Shown: positions 28,709 to 39,914 of the stretch, in pieces
Layout: each line of letters opens with the position of its first letter
How positions within the stretch are numbered: position 1 is the stretch's first letter
Assembly (NCBI GenBank): GCA_951406725.2
Contig: OX597842.1
Span: 1,674,001 to 1,738,000 of the forward strand
Source: Octopus vulgaris
Lineage: Eukaryota
Reading direction: 5' to 3'
Length of the DNA: 64,000 bases
Position numbers and translations under genes: made by a program
Notes under the pieces: generated by a model
What the model was told of the DNA's origin: nothing
Database searches by the model: none
What the model saw: only the letters and a program-made list of their open reading frames with translations

Positions 28709-28921
28709 ATAGATTATTTAATAAATAGATGGACAAAGATAGATAGACAGGCAGGCAGACAAACAAATTGACAGACAAGCAGATAGACAAACAGACAGAC
28801 AGATTGATAGACAGACATAACTACTGACACATAGGTAGACCAAGAATGATAGATTGTTATATAGATAGACAAAGACATATATACATAGATAAACATATAG
28901 ATAGATAGATAGATGTATAAT

Positions 28922-28961
<40 letters not shown>

Positions 28962-28985
28962 ATGTATATATGAGAGAGAGAGAGT
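28225..28985. repeat. (GATA)n/(GACA)n/(TA)n microsatellites
   Basis: Direct inspection. Confidence 0.9.
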
Positions 28986-29749
28986 GTTTCTTTGTTCAAG
29001 AATAATTCACAGTGGAATTAATTCCAGAGTTTGGTTCCAAGACGGAAGTGCAGCCATTAACCAATGCTGCTGCAGTAATACAATGAGCTGCACTCAGGTG
29101 CATGTTGCACCTTGCTAATGCTGCACATCACTGCACATATCAATGTAATCTCCGGCTTTTTCTCCTTGCACAAACAGCAAAAATTGCGTAACAACAACAA
29201 CAACAACAAGAAGAACAGCAACAACAACTGACAGCAGCAAGGAGAAGAACAAGAACAGGGGAACGAAAAGAGACACTGAATAATAACAACAACAGCAACA
29301 ATAAGAACTACAACGACTGTAAGCAGAAGAAGTGCAGGAACGAACAAAACAACAATGGCGAGATCAGCAGCAACGGCATCCACAAGGATGGATATATGGA
29401 GAAAAGCCTTGTCCAATAACAAAGAGAAAAACAGCAACAACAACTACAAGAGCAAAGACATCAAGAATGAGAACAACAACAATAAGGGAAAAAAATTATA
29501 AAAGCTACTGTGTTATATAAACAACAACAACAACTACTACTTCTACTACTACTACTACTACTATTACTAGTTGGTGCTTCTCCTATAAGCGTGGAACTGG
29601 CTGTGTGGTTAGTAGCTTGCTTACCAACCACATGGTTCCGGGTTCAGTCTCACTGCATGGCATCTTGGGCAAGTGTCTTCTACTATAGCCTCGGGTCGAC
29701 CAAAGCCTTGTGAGTGGATTTGATAGACGGAAACTGAAAGAAGTCCATC

Positions 29750-29805
<56 letters not shown>

Positions 29806-30374
29806 ATGTGTGTATATGTCTGTGTGCCTGTGTTTGTCCACCCAACATTGCTTGTCAACCGATTGTTGTGTGTTTATGTCCCTGTAACTTAGCAGTTCGG
29901 CAAAAGAGACCGATAGAATAAGTACTAGGCTTACAAGGAATAAGTCCTGGGGTCAATTTCCAGTGACGACCAGACCAGCTCATTCTAGCAACCCAGCCAT
30001 GTCCCTGCTCCAGCCAACGATGACGCTAACATACACTAGCAATGCAGGATGTTCTCCACCTCCGTCACCTTCATCTCGATGACGCCTTTCTCTGCCATCG
30101 TCATGACCATCGTCATCCTTCAACTTCACGTCATCTCCATCTCCGTCGCCTTCATCCCCAGCAACACCAATACATACAGAGCATGAAACTCGACTAAATG
30201 AAAAAATCCCAACCCAAAGTATAATCTATAGCTTCTTCATGATCTGCTGGAGTGTCCCCTTCCAGATGTATCTCTTCACCATGCAGCTAAAGAGTACCCC
30301 ATATTACATGTCATTTTTTGAAAATTGAAAATTATCAAATTAGACATTAGTGTGGGAAAAACACTGACTTGGAA

Positions 30375-31130
30375 TAATGATAATGATAATAATAATAATA
30401 ATGATAATGAAATAATTGTATACAGTGCTCAGGTGCACCACATCTTGTCAAAAGTGCGTATAAAGCATATGCAGTAATGTACAAATGTCTGGAAAGCGAA
30501 CAGTGTATGAGTCAGATACATGCTTGCGGTGTGTATGGAGGGGAAAAAATCAGGTGTAGTGTTGGCGAATCTCAGAAGGATGGAAGTTTTGAAGGATGCA
30601 GTGCTCCAACAACTAACAACTGATGCCGGTAGTTTGTTCCATGCTTCAGCTTGTGTATGGAGGGGAGAAAATCAGGTGTAGTGTTGGCGAATCTCAGGAA
30701 GCATGGAAGTTTTGAAGGATGCAGTGCTCCGACAACTAACAACTGATGCCGGTAGTTTGTTCCATGCTTCAGCTTGTGTATGGAGGGGAGAAAATCAGGT
30801 GTAGTGTTGGCGAATCTCAGGAAGCATGGAAGTTTTGAAGGATGCAGTGCTCCGACAACTAACAACTGATGCCGGCAGTTTGTTCCATGCTTCAGCAACT
30901 CTTAGCGTGAAAAATGTTTCCGAAAGTCATGGGAGCTGTGCTGTTTTCTGATTTTGTAAATATGTCCATGGGTGTTAGACAGGTGGAGTTTGAAAAGGTG
31001 CTCAGAGTTATTGTTAGCAAGATGGTTAATAATTTTATGGGTGTCTGCCAAGTCAGCTGCCAGACATCGGAGTTTCAATGTATCCATGCCCAGGAAAGAA
31101 GTAAAGCGTTCAGAATATGGCAAATGCCTG
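30375..31130 (-). mobile_element. CR1-like LINE 3' end with (ATT)n tail and a triplicated 123 bp segment
   Basis: PYSER...LGMDTLKLRCLAADL...THGHIYKIRK...RKHF followed by RVAEAWNKLP; 123 bp units begin near 30530, 30652, 30775. Confidence 0.8.
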
Positions 31131-32204
31131 ATGGAGGGTCTTCTCTTGGTTGCACTTCACTGAGAGAAATGAATATTGATTGTTAAACACCAAAAATGAT
31201 CCAGATATTTCATTAGCAACCTCAAATACAGTCGGGTCAAAACTGCGGAAAAATTTCAGTGGAATTCTGGTTTGAGCCCCCATTAAATCCCGCATTTTTT
31301 ATTTTTTGGAATTTCAGAAAATGTTTGCAAATTTGTCTTCTACAGACAGGAATTCAAATACTCTTTTACGCTTTTACTTATTTCAGTCATTTGACTGTGG
31401 CCATGCTGGAGCACTGCCTTTAGTCAAGCAAATCGACCCTAGGACTTATTCTTTGTAAGCCTAGTACTTATTCTATCGGTTCTCTATTGCCGAACTGCTA
31501 AGTTACGGGGATGTAAACACACCAGCATAGGTTGTCAAGCGATGTTGCAGGGGACAGACACAGACACAAACATATACACACACAAATATATATGTATATA
31601 CATAAATATACAATGGGCTTCTTTCAGTTTCCGTCTACCAAATCCACTCACAAGCTTTTGGACAGCCCGAGGCTATAGTAGAAGACACTTGTCCAAGGTG
31701 CAATGCAGTGGGACTGAACTCCGAATCAGGTGGTTCATAAGCAAGCTACTTACTGCATAGCCACTCCTACAAATGATAATGAAACAAATTGTTCTTTGAT
31801 TTTTTGAAACCCTCCCCACTCATAAATCATAAAAGTTCCATTCTTTTCCAACTTTCTGCTAAAAATCAGAGTTTAAAATATGGTGAGTCTGAATCTTTTA
31901 CTTAAATCCCAGTAGTGGACCATCCTTGGTTCATCATTATTCCATTAAATGTGTTTATGGGGAGAGAAATATTGAAAACCATCAATATACGTCAGAGTGA
32001 CAAAGAAACGAGGAAGGTGTCAGGTGGCCATGAGATGTGCTAAAAACAACAGCTAAATCACTTCTGAATCACACTCCAAAAATTTGTTTGCATAATCATA
32101 TGAATTCCCATGTGTAGAACTCAAATTCACAAACATATTCTGAAAATTCCAAAGGATAAAACACCAATGAAGGGTTACATGGGCTGCTCAAACTAGAATT
32201 CCAC

Positions 32205-32305
<101 letters not shown>

Positions 32306-32564
32306 CATATACATATATATATATATATATAAATATATATATATATAAATATATATACATACATACATACACATATATATAAAAAACAAAAGACGAAGAT
32401 AGTTGTGTAAACAGCAAACGGGTGTATTAGGGTAATGCTCAGGAAGGTGAGGAAGCGTTTTTTACATTTCGAGCCTATGCTCTTCAACAGAAAGGAACAT
32501 GAGAAAATAAGCAGAGAGAATAAAAAATGCATTAGTGGCTAGATCATGGTGATGGCTGGATATT

Positions 32565-32600
<36 letters not shown>

Positions 32601-32604
32601 CATA

Positions 32605-32900
32605 TCACGTGACCGACCAGGCTATCAGATGTTGCTACACATCACTCGTCACAATGCGCTTCACATTGTTTTTTTAGTCATCAAGTGATGCCACCCTGCT
32701 GGCTAAGTGAGCAGTCCAACAGAAGAAAGAGTGAGAGAAAGTTGGGGGCGAAAGAGTACAGCAGGGATCGCCACCACAGAGCCTCGTGGAGCTTTAGGTG
32801 TTTTCGCTCAATAAACACTCACAATGCCTGGTCTGGGAATCGAAACCGTGATCCTACGGCCACAAGTCTGCTGCCCTAACTACTGGGCCATTGTGTCTCC
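32605..32900 (-). mobile_element. SINE family C (tRNA head; acacctaagctccac core)
   Basis: tggcccagtagttagggcagc A box, ggtttcgattccc B box; copies at 37360-37545(+), 49810-50117(-), 50160-50466(-), 61975-62495(-). Confidence 0.8.
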
Positions 32901-32905
32901 ATATA

Positions 32906-33277
32906 TCTTTATATATAAAAGAAAGGTTGTGTGTCTGTCTACTCCAATTTAGATTCCTAACTACTCCCACATTTTGCGGTTCTTATAGTCGTGATTCATA
33001 TCGAGCCCTTCTGGGTATTAGCGCGCATCTACGATGAGTTTACAATTTTAAAAATAATTTACCATCATTTTTTTCCATTTTAATGCATATTTTTTTAAAT
33101 ATAAGGGAAATAACTCTCTAAAAATGTCTACGATGAGTCAACGATTTAAAAAAAAATTTACCATGATTTTTTTTCCATTTTTAATGCATTTTTTGCTATT
33201 TTTTGGCTATAACTCTCTAAAAATGCTTTATAGTTATTTCCCTTACAAACCCGAGCAACGCCGGGCGATACTGCTAG
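32906..33277 (+). mobile_element. Non-autonomous Helitron
   Basis: A|TC 5' end, subterminal hairpin cccgagcaacgccggg, 3' CTAG|T; internal duplication of tctacgatgagt...ttaatgcat. Confidence 0.7.
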
Positions 33278-34220
33278 TATATATATATATATATGTGTGT
33301 AAATACACATATCAATTATAATCAAAGATAAAGTCTGTATATGATTTTATCAATTATACATAATGTCTAAATCCATACTGATGCTTTCCAAAATTCACTT
33401 TGGACAATGATAAATTGGAATCATTTACATAAGCTAATCAACATTGCAGTGACATGTATATCACAGATTCACAATTTATCAACATTTTCTGTCTTGCTGG
33501 ACATATTCAGACTCAAACATCACAAATGGAATGGCTGTAATGTTAAAAGAACAATTGATAAAACGTCTATAAATTTAAAGAAAACATGTCTGTAAGAATA
33601 ACGCAGGAACAGCAGACTGGATGTCTTGGCTTAATGTAAAATGAAGAGGGAGTCTTCGGAATGATTGTCTCAATATGTCCAGAAGAATTCACTGGGAAAA
33701 CATCAACATTTTATTTAAAGACTATAAACTGTTAATTCATAATTAAAAAAGGTGTTTTGAATAGGGTTTTAATTAGCAGCATAAAACATACTCACAGTTT
33801 ATATATTCTTTAATTCTTTTACTTGTTTCAGTTATTTGACAGTGGCCATACTGGAGCACCACCTTGAAGGGTTTTAGTCGAAATTGACCCTGGGGCATTC
33901 TTTGTAAGCCTAGTACTTATTCTATTGGTGCCTGTTGCCAAACCTCTCAGTCATGGGGACAAACACAAATACAAAGACTTAAACACATAAATACTATGTG
34001 TGTGTGTGTGTATGTGTGTAAAGGCAGTGCTCCAGCATGGCTACAGTCTGATGACTGAAAAAAAGTAAAAAAAAATTTTTTTTAATATATATATATATAT
34101 ATAAGCAAAAGTAAAGAAATACCTGCTCCTGGTGTTTTAGGTAAGGTTTAGGGTTAGGGCTTTTGTTACACCAAAAACAGGTGGTGTACGTATTCTTTAC
34201 ATCTGCCTATACATCCATAC

Positions 34221-34279
<59 letters not shown>

Positions 34280-34802
34280 CACAGACATTCTGTGTCTGTT
34301 TATAAAAATTCGATCTCAGCCAAAGACGGACATACCTTGGTCTAGATTGCATATGGACTTTGCAGGGTCACTAAATGGTGTGTATTATCTAGTAGTTGTA
34401 GATAGTTACACGAAATGGCTAGAAATATGTAAATACAGAAAGCCAACCAGTAAAATAACAATAGAAATTTTGGACAAACTTTTTGCATGATTTGGCGTTA
34501 CATGTAGACATAAAAACATACACACATAAGCTGACAAAAATACACTTACATGCCAAACTGCTAGGTTATGAGGACATAAACACAACACAGGTTGTCAGTT
34601 GATGGTGGGACACACGGACACACACACATCATCATCATCATCATCATCATCATCGTTTAGCGTCCGCTTTCCATGCTGGCATGGGTTGGACAGTGCAACT
34701 GGGGTCTGGGAAGCCAGAAGGCTGCACCAGGCCCAGTCTGATCTGGCAGTGTTTCTACAGCTGGATGCCCTTCCTAAGGCCAACCACTCCGTGAGTGTAG
34801 TG

Positions 34803-35227
34803 GGTGCTTTTTACGTGCCACCGGCACAGCTGCCAGACGAGTCTGGCAAACGGCCACGATCGGATGGTGCTTTTTACATGCCACCAGCACGGAGGCCAGG
34901 CGAGGCTGGCAAATGGCCACAATCGGATGGTGCTTTTTATGTGCCACCGGCACGGAGGCCAGGCGAGGCTGGCAGACAGCCACGATCGGATGTTGCTTTT
35001 TATGTGCCACCGGCACGGAGGCCAGGCGAGGCTGGCAAATGGCCACAATCGGATGGTGCTTTTTATGTGCCACCGGCATGGAGGCCAGGCGAGGCTGGCA
35101 AATGGCCACAATCGGATGGTGCTTTTTATGTGCCACCGGCACGGAGGCCAGACGAGTCTGGCAAACGGCCATGATTTGATGGTGCTTTTTACGTGCCACC
35201 GGCACGAGGGCCAGGCAAGGCTGGCAA
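34803..35227. repeat. 63 bp minisatellite (~6.5 copies) inside a SINE D
   Basis: atcggatg recurs at 34859, 34922 and onwards at 63 bp spacing. Confidence 0.9.
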
Positions 35228-35619
35228 CACATATATACATAAATAAACGACGGGCTTCTTTCAGGTTCCATCTACCAAATCCACTCACAAGGCTTTGATT
35301 AACCTGAAGCTACAGCAGAAGACACCTGTCCAAGGTGCCATGCAGTGGAACCGAAAACGGAACCATGTGGTTGGGGAGCAAGTCTCTTACCACACAGCCA
35401 TACCTGTGGACGAAATGTTGCTTAGCATTTTGCCCAGTGTACTAATGTTTCTGCCATATTGCCACCGTCTTAATAATGATAACAACAACAACAATAATAA
35501 TAATAATAATAATAATAATATGCATACTGTATACTACCCACCCTAACTTTGTGTCCTCACCACTTTCAGAAAAATGAAAATAGATATTTTATGATGAAAC
35601 TTTCTGCACCTAACTTCCA

Positions 35620-36749
35620 CATTTGCCACCGCAACCACCATTGCCACTATAACCACCATCACCACCACAACCACCATCACCACCACAAACACTATCGCCA
35701 CCATCACCACCACAACAACTATCACCATCACCATCACCCCACCACCATTGCCACCACAAACACCATCACCACTACAACCACTATCACCATCACAACCACA
35801 ACTACTATCGCCACCACCATCACCACCATCCCCCCCACCACCATTGCCACCACAACCACCATCACCACCACCCCACCACCATTGCCACCATCACCACCAC
35901 TGCCACCACAACCACCATTGCCACCACAAACACCATCACCACTACAACCACTATCACCATCACAACCACAACTACTATCGCCACCACCATCACCACCATC
36001 CCCCCAACCACCATTGCCACCACAACCACCATTCCCACAGCAGCCACCATCACCACTTCCATCACCACTACAACTACAACCATCACCCAAACAACAACCA
36101 CTACCGCCACCATTCCCACCACACCACCACGACTGCCAACATCCCCACCAACACACCATCACCCTCTGCCGACGCCCTCACCACCACCACCACCACCACC
36201 ACCATCACCACCACCACCACCACCACCACACCACCACCACCCTCACCACCATTTCCCCTCCATCGGTCAGTCCAGTCCATCCATCACTATTTCCTGCTTG
36301 TCCACTTACATTTTCCTTTGTCCTATTTTGTCTTCCACTAAATTTAACCGCACCAACCGAATTACCATTCCATACCATTCCATACCATTCCAGACGATTC
36401 CAGGACCAATTCTTGCATCACTAAAAGACACAAAATTCCTCAACTCCAGGAAATTCTTCAACTCAAAACCTCTTCTGGTTTTGTTTGTTTGTTTTGTTTT
36501 GGTATTTTGGTTTTTTGTTTGTTTAGTTGTTTCCTGTTTGGACGATGGGAACAATAGGGAGGAACGGCAACGGCAGCAGATGCAGCAGCAGCAAGAACAG
36601 CAGCAGCAGGTGCTGCAGTAGCAACAGTAATGATGATAATTATGGTAACGACAGCAACAGTAATTACAAGAGCAGTGGTAATAACTGCAGCAATAAACAG
36701 TGACAGCAACTGCAGCAGCACTAAAAGCAGCAGCAACAACAGCAGCAGG

Positions 36750-36785
<36 letters not shown>

Positions 36786-37125
36786 GGCAACAACTACAGC
36801 AGCAACAGCAGTGGCAGCAACAACAGCAACAGCAGCAGCAACAGCAGCAGCAACAGCAGCAGCAACAGCAGCAGCAACAGTACAACAGCAGCAACAACAG
36901 CAGCAACAGCAGCAACAGCAATAACTGCAGCAGCAGCAGCAACAACAGCAGCAACAGCAATAACTGCAGCAGCAGCAGCAACAACAGCAGCAACAGCAAT
37001 AACTGCAGCAGCAGCAGCAACAGCAGCGGCAACAACTGCAGCAACAACAACAGCAGCAGCAACAGCAGCAACAACAACAGTAGCAATAGCAACAACTGCA
37101 GCAGCAACCACAACAGCAGCAGTCA
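35620..37125. repeat. (ACC)n-rich tract 35620-36260 and (CAG/CAA)n tract 36560-37125
   Basis: Direct inspection. Confidence 0.9.
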
Positions 37126-37860
37126 TTCAAGAATTTGGACCTGGAGATCTCCATTTCCAGTGGTGTCGGGCGTCAACGAAGAGCCCTTGACTACAACAAG
37201 ACGACCAAAGTTTTTTTTCCCAAGGTCTGGGGTCTCCCGCCCCTAAGCCCTAGACCATCACCTAATCACTCTTACCAACAACAGCAGCAGTAGCAACGAC
37301 AGTGGTAACAACAACAATGACAAAAGCAGCAACAACAACAACAGCAACAAAAGCAGCAGAGGCGCAATGGCCCAGTGGTTAGAGCAGCAGACTCATGGTC
37401 TTATGAATGCAATTTCGATTCCCAGACCAAGCATTGTGAATGTTTATTGAGCAAAAACACCTAAGCTCCACGAGGCTCCGACGGGAGGTGGTGGTGAACC
37501 CCACTGTACTCTTTCACCGCAACTTTCTCTCACTCTTTCTTCCTACTTCTGCCACAAAGCAGAGGAACCCTGGTGTAACCCACTATGGTGTGGTAAACTT
37601 TCAGACCCTAGTCTAGATTGCGAATCCTCTGTACCCCAGGATGGTTCAGCTCTCCACCCATTAAAAGTCACCATTTATGGAATGAGGATAACAGCGTCGT
37701 TTTTGCACCTGTGCAAGTTGACCTCAGTGGAATTTGAACTTTGGTCAGCCCAAGGCTATAGTAGAAGACACTTGCCTAAGGTGCCACGCAGTGGAACTGA
37801 ACCCAGAACTATATGATTGGTAAGCAAGCTACTTACCACACAGCCACTCCTACGCCTTAT

Positions 37861-37950
37861 GCAACGTTTCGGCTGATATACCCTCCAGCCTTTATCAAGT
37901 GTCTTGGGAAAATTTCAAACCTGGGTTCTCATTCCTAAGGAATTTTTCAA

Positions 37951-37992
<42 letters not shown>

Positions 37993-38072
37993 AGTCACTA
38001 CCTGGAATCAAACTCGGAATCTTGGGGTTAGTAGCCTGCGCTCTTAACCACTACGCCATTTGCCCATGGGCC
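37861..38072 (-). mobile_element. Family H SINE-like element, copy 2 (3' end lost at junction with a SINE A)
   Basis: A box TGGCGTAGTGG (38048-38058), B box GAGTTTGATTCC (38004-38015), (AAT)n, HHR GACAC-TTGATAA-A-GGCTG...CAGCC-GAAAC-GTT (37863-37903). Confidence 0.75.
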
Positions 38073-38304
38073 TATGCTGTAGTAGTTGCAAACACTTCTA
38101 CCAGCTCACATTTATTTTATCTGCCACTGGGGCATTAGATGAGGTGGAGGCATTACGAGGACTAGTAACAATTTGTGCATGCAGGGGGTTGGATCTAAAA
38201 TCAGGTCAGGGGAAGAGAAAAGGGAGTTTTAGCAGTAGTGGTGTTGGTCATGGCGAGAAATATGAGAAGAAGTATAAATGATATACAAAATATATGAATA
38301 TGAA

Positions 38305-38950
38305 TGGGTATCAAAGGGTTCCTGGACGAGTTATGTTTAATAAAAAATAAGTTATTTACCAAAGTTTTAACATCATCCCCTTTGAAATTGTCCCCTTGTA
38401 CAGAAATTCACTGGTCCCAGTGTTCCTGCCACTTTTGGAATCCAGCCTGGAAGTCATTTTCTCTGAGTTGAGGGCCTTCTGCAATTCACTTGGGATCTCA
38501 ACAGCATTGTTAAAACAGCAATTTAGGGGCTGTATTTTCATCTTGGAGAAGAGATGGTGGTGGTGGTGAAGGTGTCGTCAGAGGGTGATGGTATGTTGGT
38601 GGTGGTGATGTTGGTGATGTTGGCAGTCGTGGTGGTGTGGTGGGAATGGTGGTGGTAGTGGTTGTTGTTAGGGTGATGGTAGTAGTTGTAGTGGTGATGG
38701 AAGTGGTGATGGTGGCTGCTGTGGGAATGGTGGTTGTGGTGGCAATGGTGGTGGAGTGGTGGTGATGGTCGTTGTGGTGGCGATGGTGATTGCTAGAAAC
38801 TCACAAGTGAGGAGAGTTTGATGACAGGGTGCTTCGTCATTGTGAGGAATCCTGTTCTACTTGCTTCACAGATCCGGTTGCTTTCACCGAATGCATTCCC
38901 TCAAATGCTTCAAACCATTGCAGTAGAAATCTCAATTGACCGCCTGGCCC
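38305..38950 (-). pseudogene. Mariner transposase 3' fragment, interrupted at 38553-38790
   Basis: Hand translation GQAVN*DFYCNGLKHLRECIR*KQPDL...IPHNDEAPCH...CEFLA, then FSKMKI...ENDFQAGFQKWQEHW...GDNFKGD. Confidence 0.75.
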
Positions 38951-38997
38951 TGTGGTTGGGAAACAAGCTTCTTACCACTCATAATAATAATAATAAT

Positions 38998-39556
38998 AAA
39001 TGCCCTGATGCAGTACCAGACAGTGGCTCTCGTGGCGTCTGATCTTAACTGATTGGAAGTGTTATCATGTACATTGTTTTGTGTTGGTATAAAAGATGGG
39101 CTACAGCAAATATTCTGCTCAATACCACAGATTTGCTTGTCAGTTGTTTGACCGTAACCAGTTGAGCATGTACCTTATTGGCTGATGATATGAGCATCTC
39201 TGATTCCAAGCAGAATTAGTGGGGGAGCATCATAGCCATGTGTTGAAAGGAATTCTTAGAGGTTTGGATAATTCACCTCTGGAAATATGGGTGGTTCTTT
39301 CAACATCCTTAAACAACCCTTATTCAGAGACCTTTTGAGCGGGATGGGCTACTCAACCTGAAGAAAATTCTAACTGGGCCCCACCTGGAAGGTCATGTGC
39401 TGTTTATCTTGATATGAGATCACCATGTTGCACACATATGGTTGTGATGCATGTGTCTGGTGTACCCTTATCTCAGATGGGTAGTCATGATGGGTATATT
39501 TGGCTTCGTATATTTTACTCCAGTGTCCCTTTGATGGCATGCACTGTTCTCTCACT
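38998..39556 (+). mobile_element. Complete copy of the ~560 bp (AAT)n-flanked non-coding element
   Basis: (AAT)n-aaatgccctgatgcagtacc...gcactgttctctcact-(AAT)n. Confidence 0.8.
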
Positions 39557-39914
39557 AAATAATAATGATAATAATAATAATGATAATTCTTTTTCCCATA
39601 GTTGTTGTAGGTGGTGGTGCTGGTGGTAATAATAGTAGTAGTAGTAGTAGTAGGTAGTGGTGGTGGTGGTAGTAATTTGTTGTGATGGTGGTAGTAGTTG
39701 TAGGTGTCAGTGGTGGTTGTGGTGGTGGTAGTAGTATTAGTAGTAGTAGTCAAGTGCATTGATCCTGGTACTAAATGGGTATTTATTTTCATCAACCCCA
39801 AAAGGGTGAAATGCAAAATCGGCCTCAGCAGGATTTGAACACAAAACCTAGAGTGTCAAAAGAAATACCACAAGGTATTTGTTTGTCCAAGCACTCTAGT
39901 AATTCTACCAAGTG

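Noticed and set aside
33300-33790. Unique AT-rich stretch with a 62 aa ORF
   Set aside because: No recognisable motif or exon structure; origin cannot be assigned by eye
34599-35298. 191 aa ORF with a 21 aa repeat
   Set aside because: Arises from a 63 bp minisatellite inside a SINE; several frames on both strands are open
36306-37190. PolyQ/polyA/polyC ORFs suggesting a transcription-factor exon
   Set aside because: CAG/CAA low complexity with no flanking domain or splice evidence
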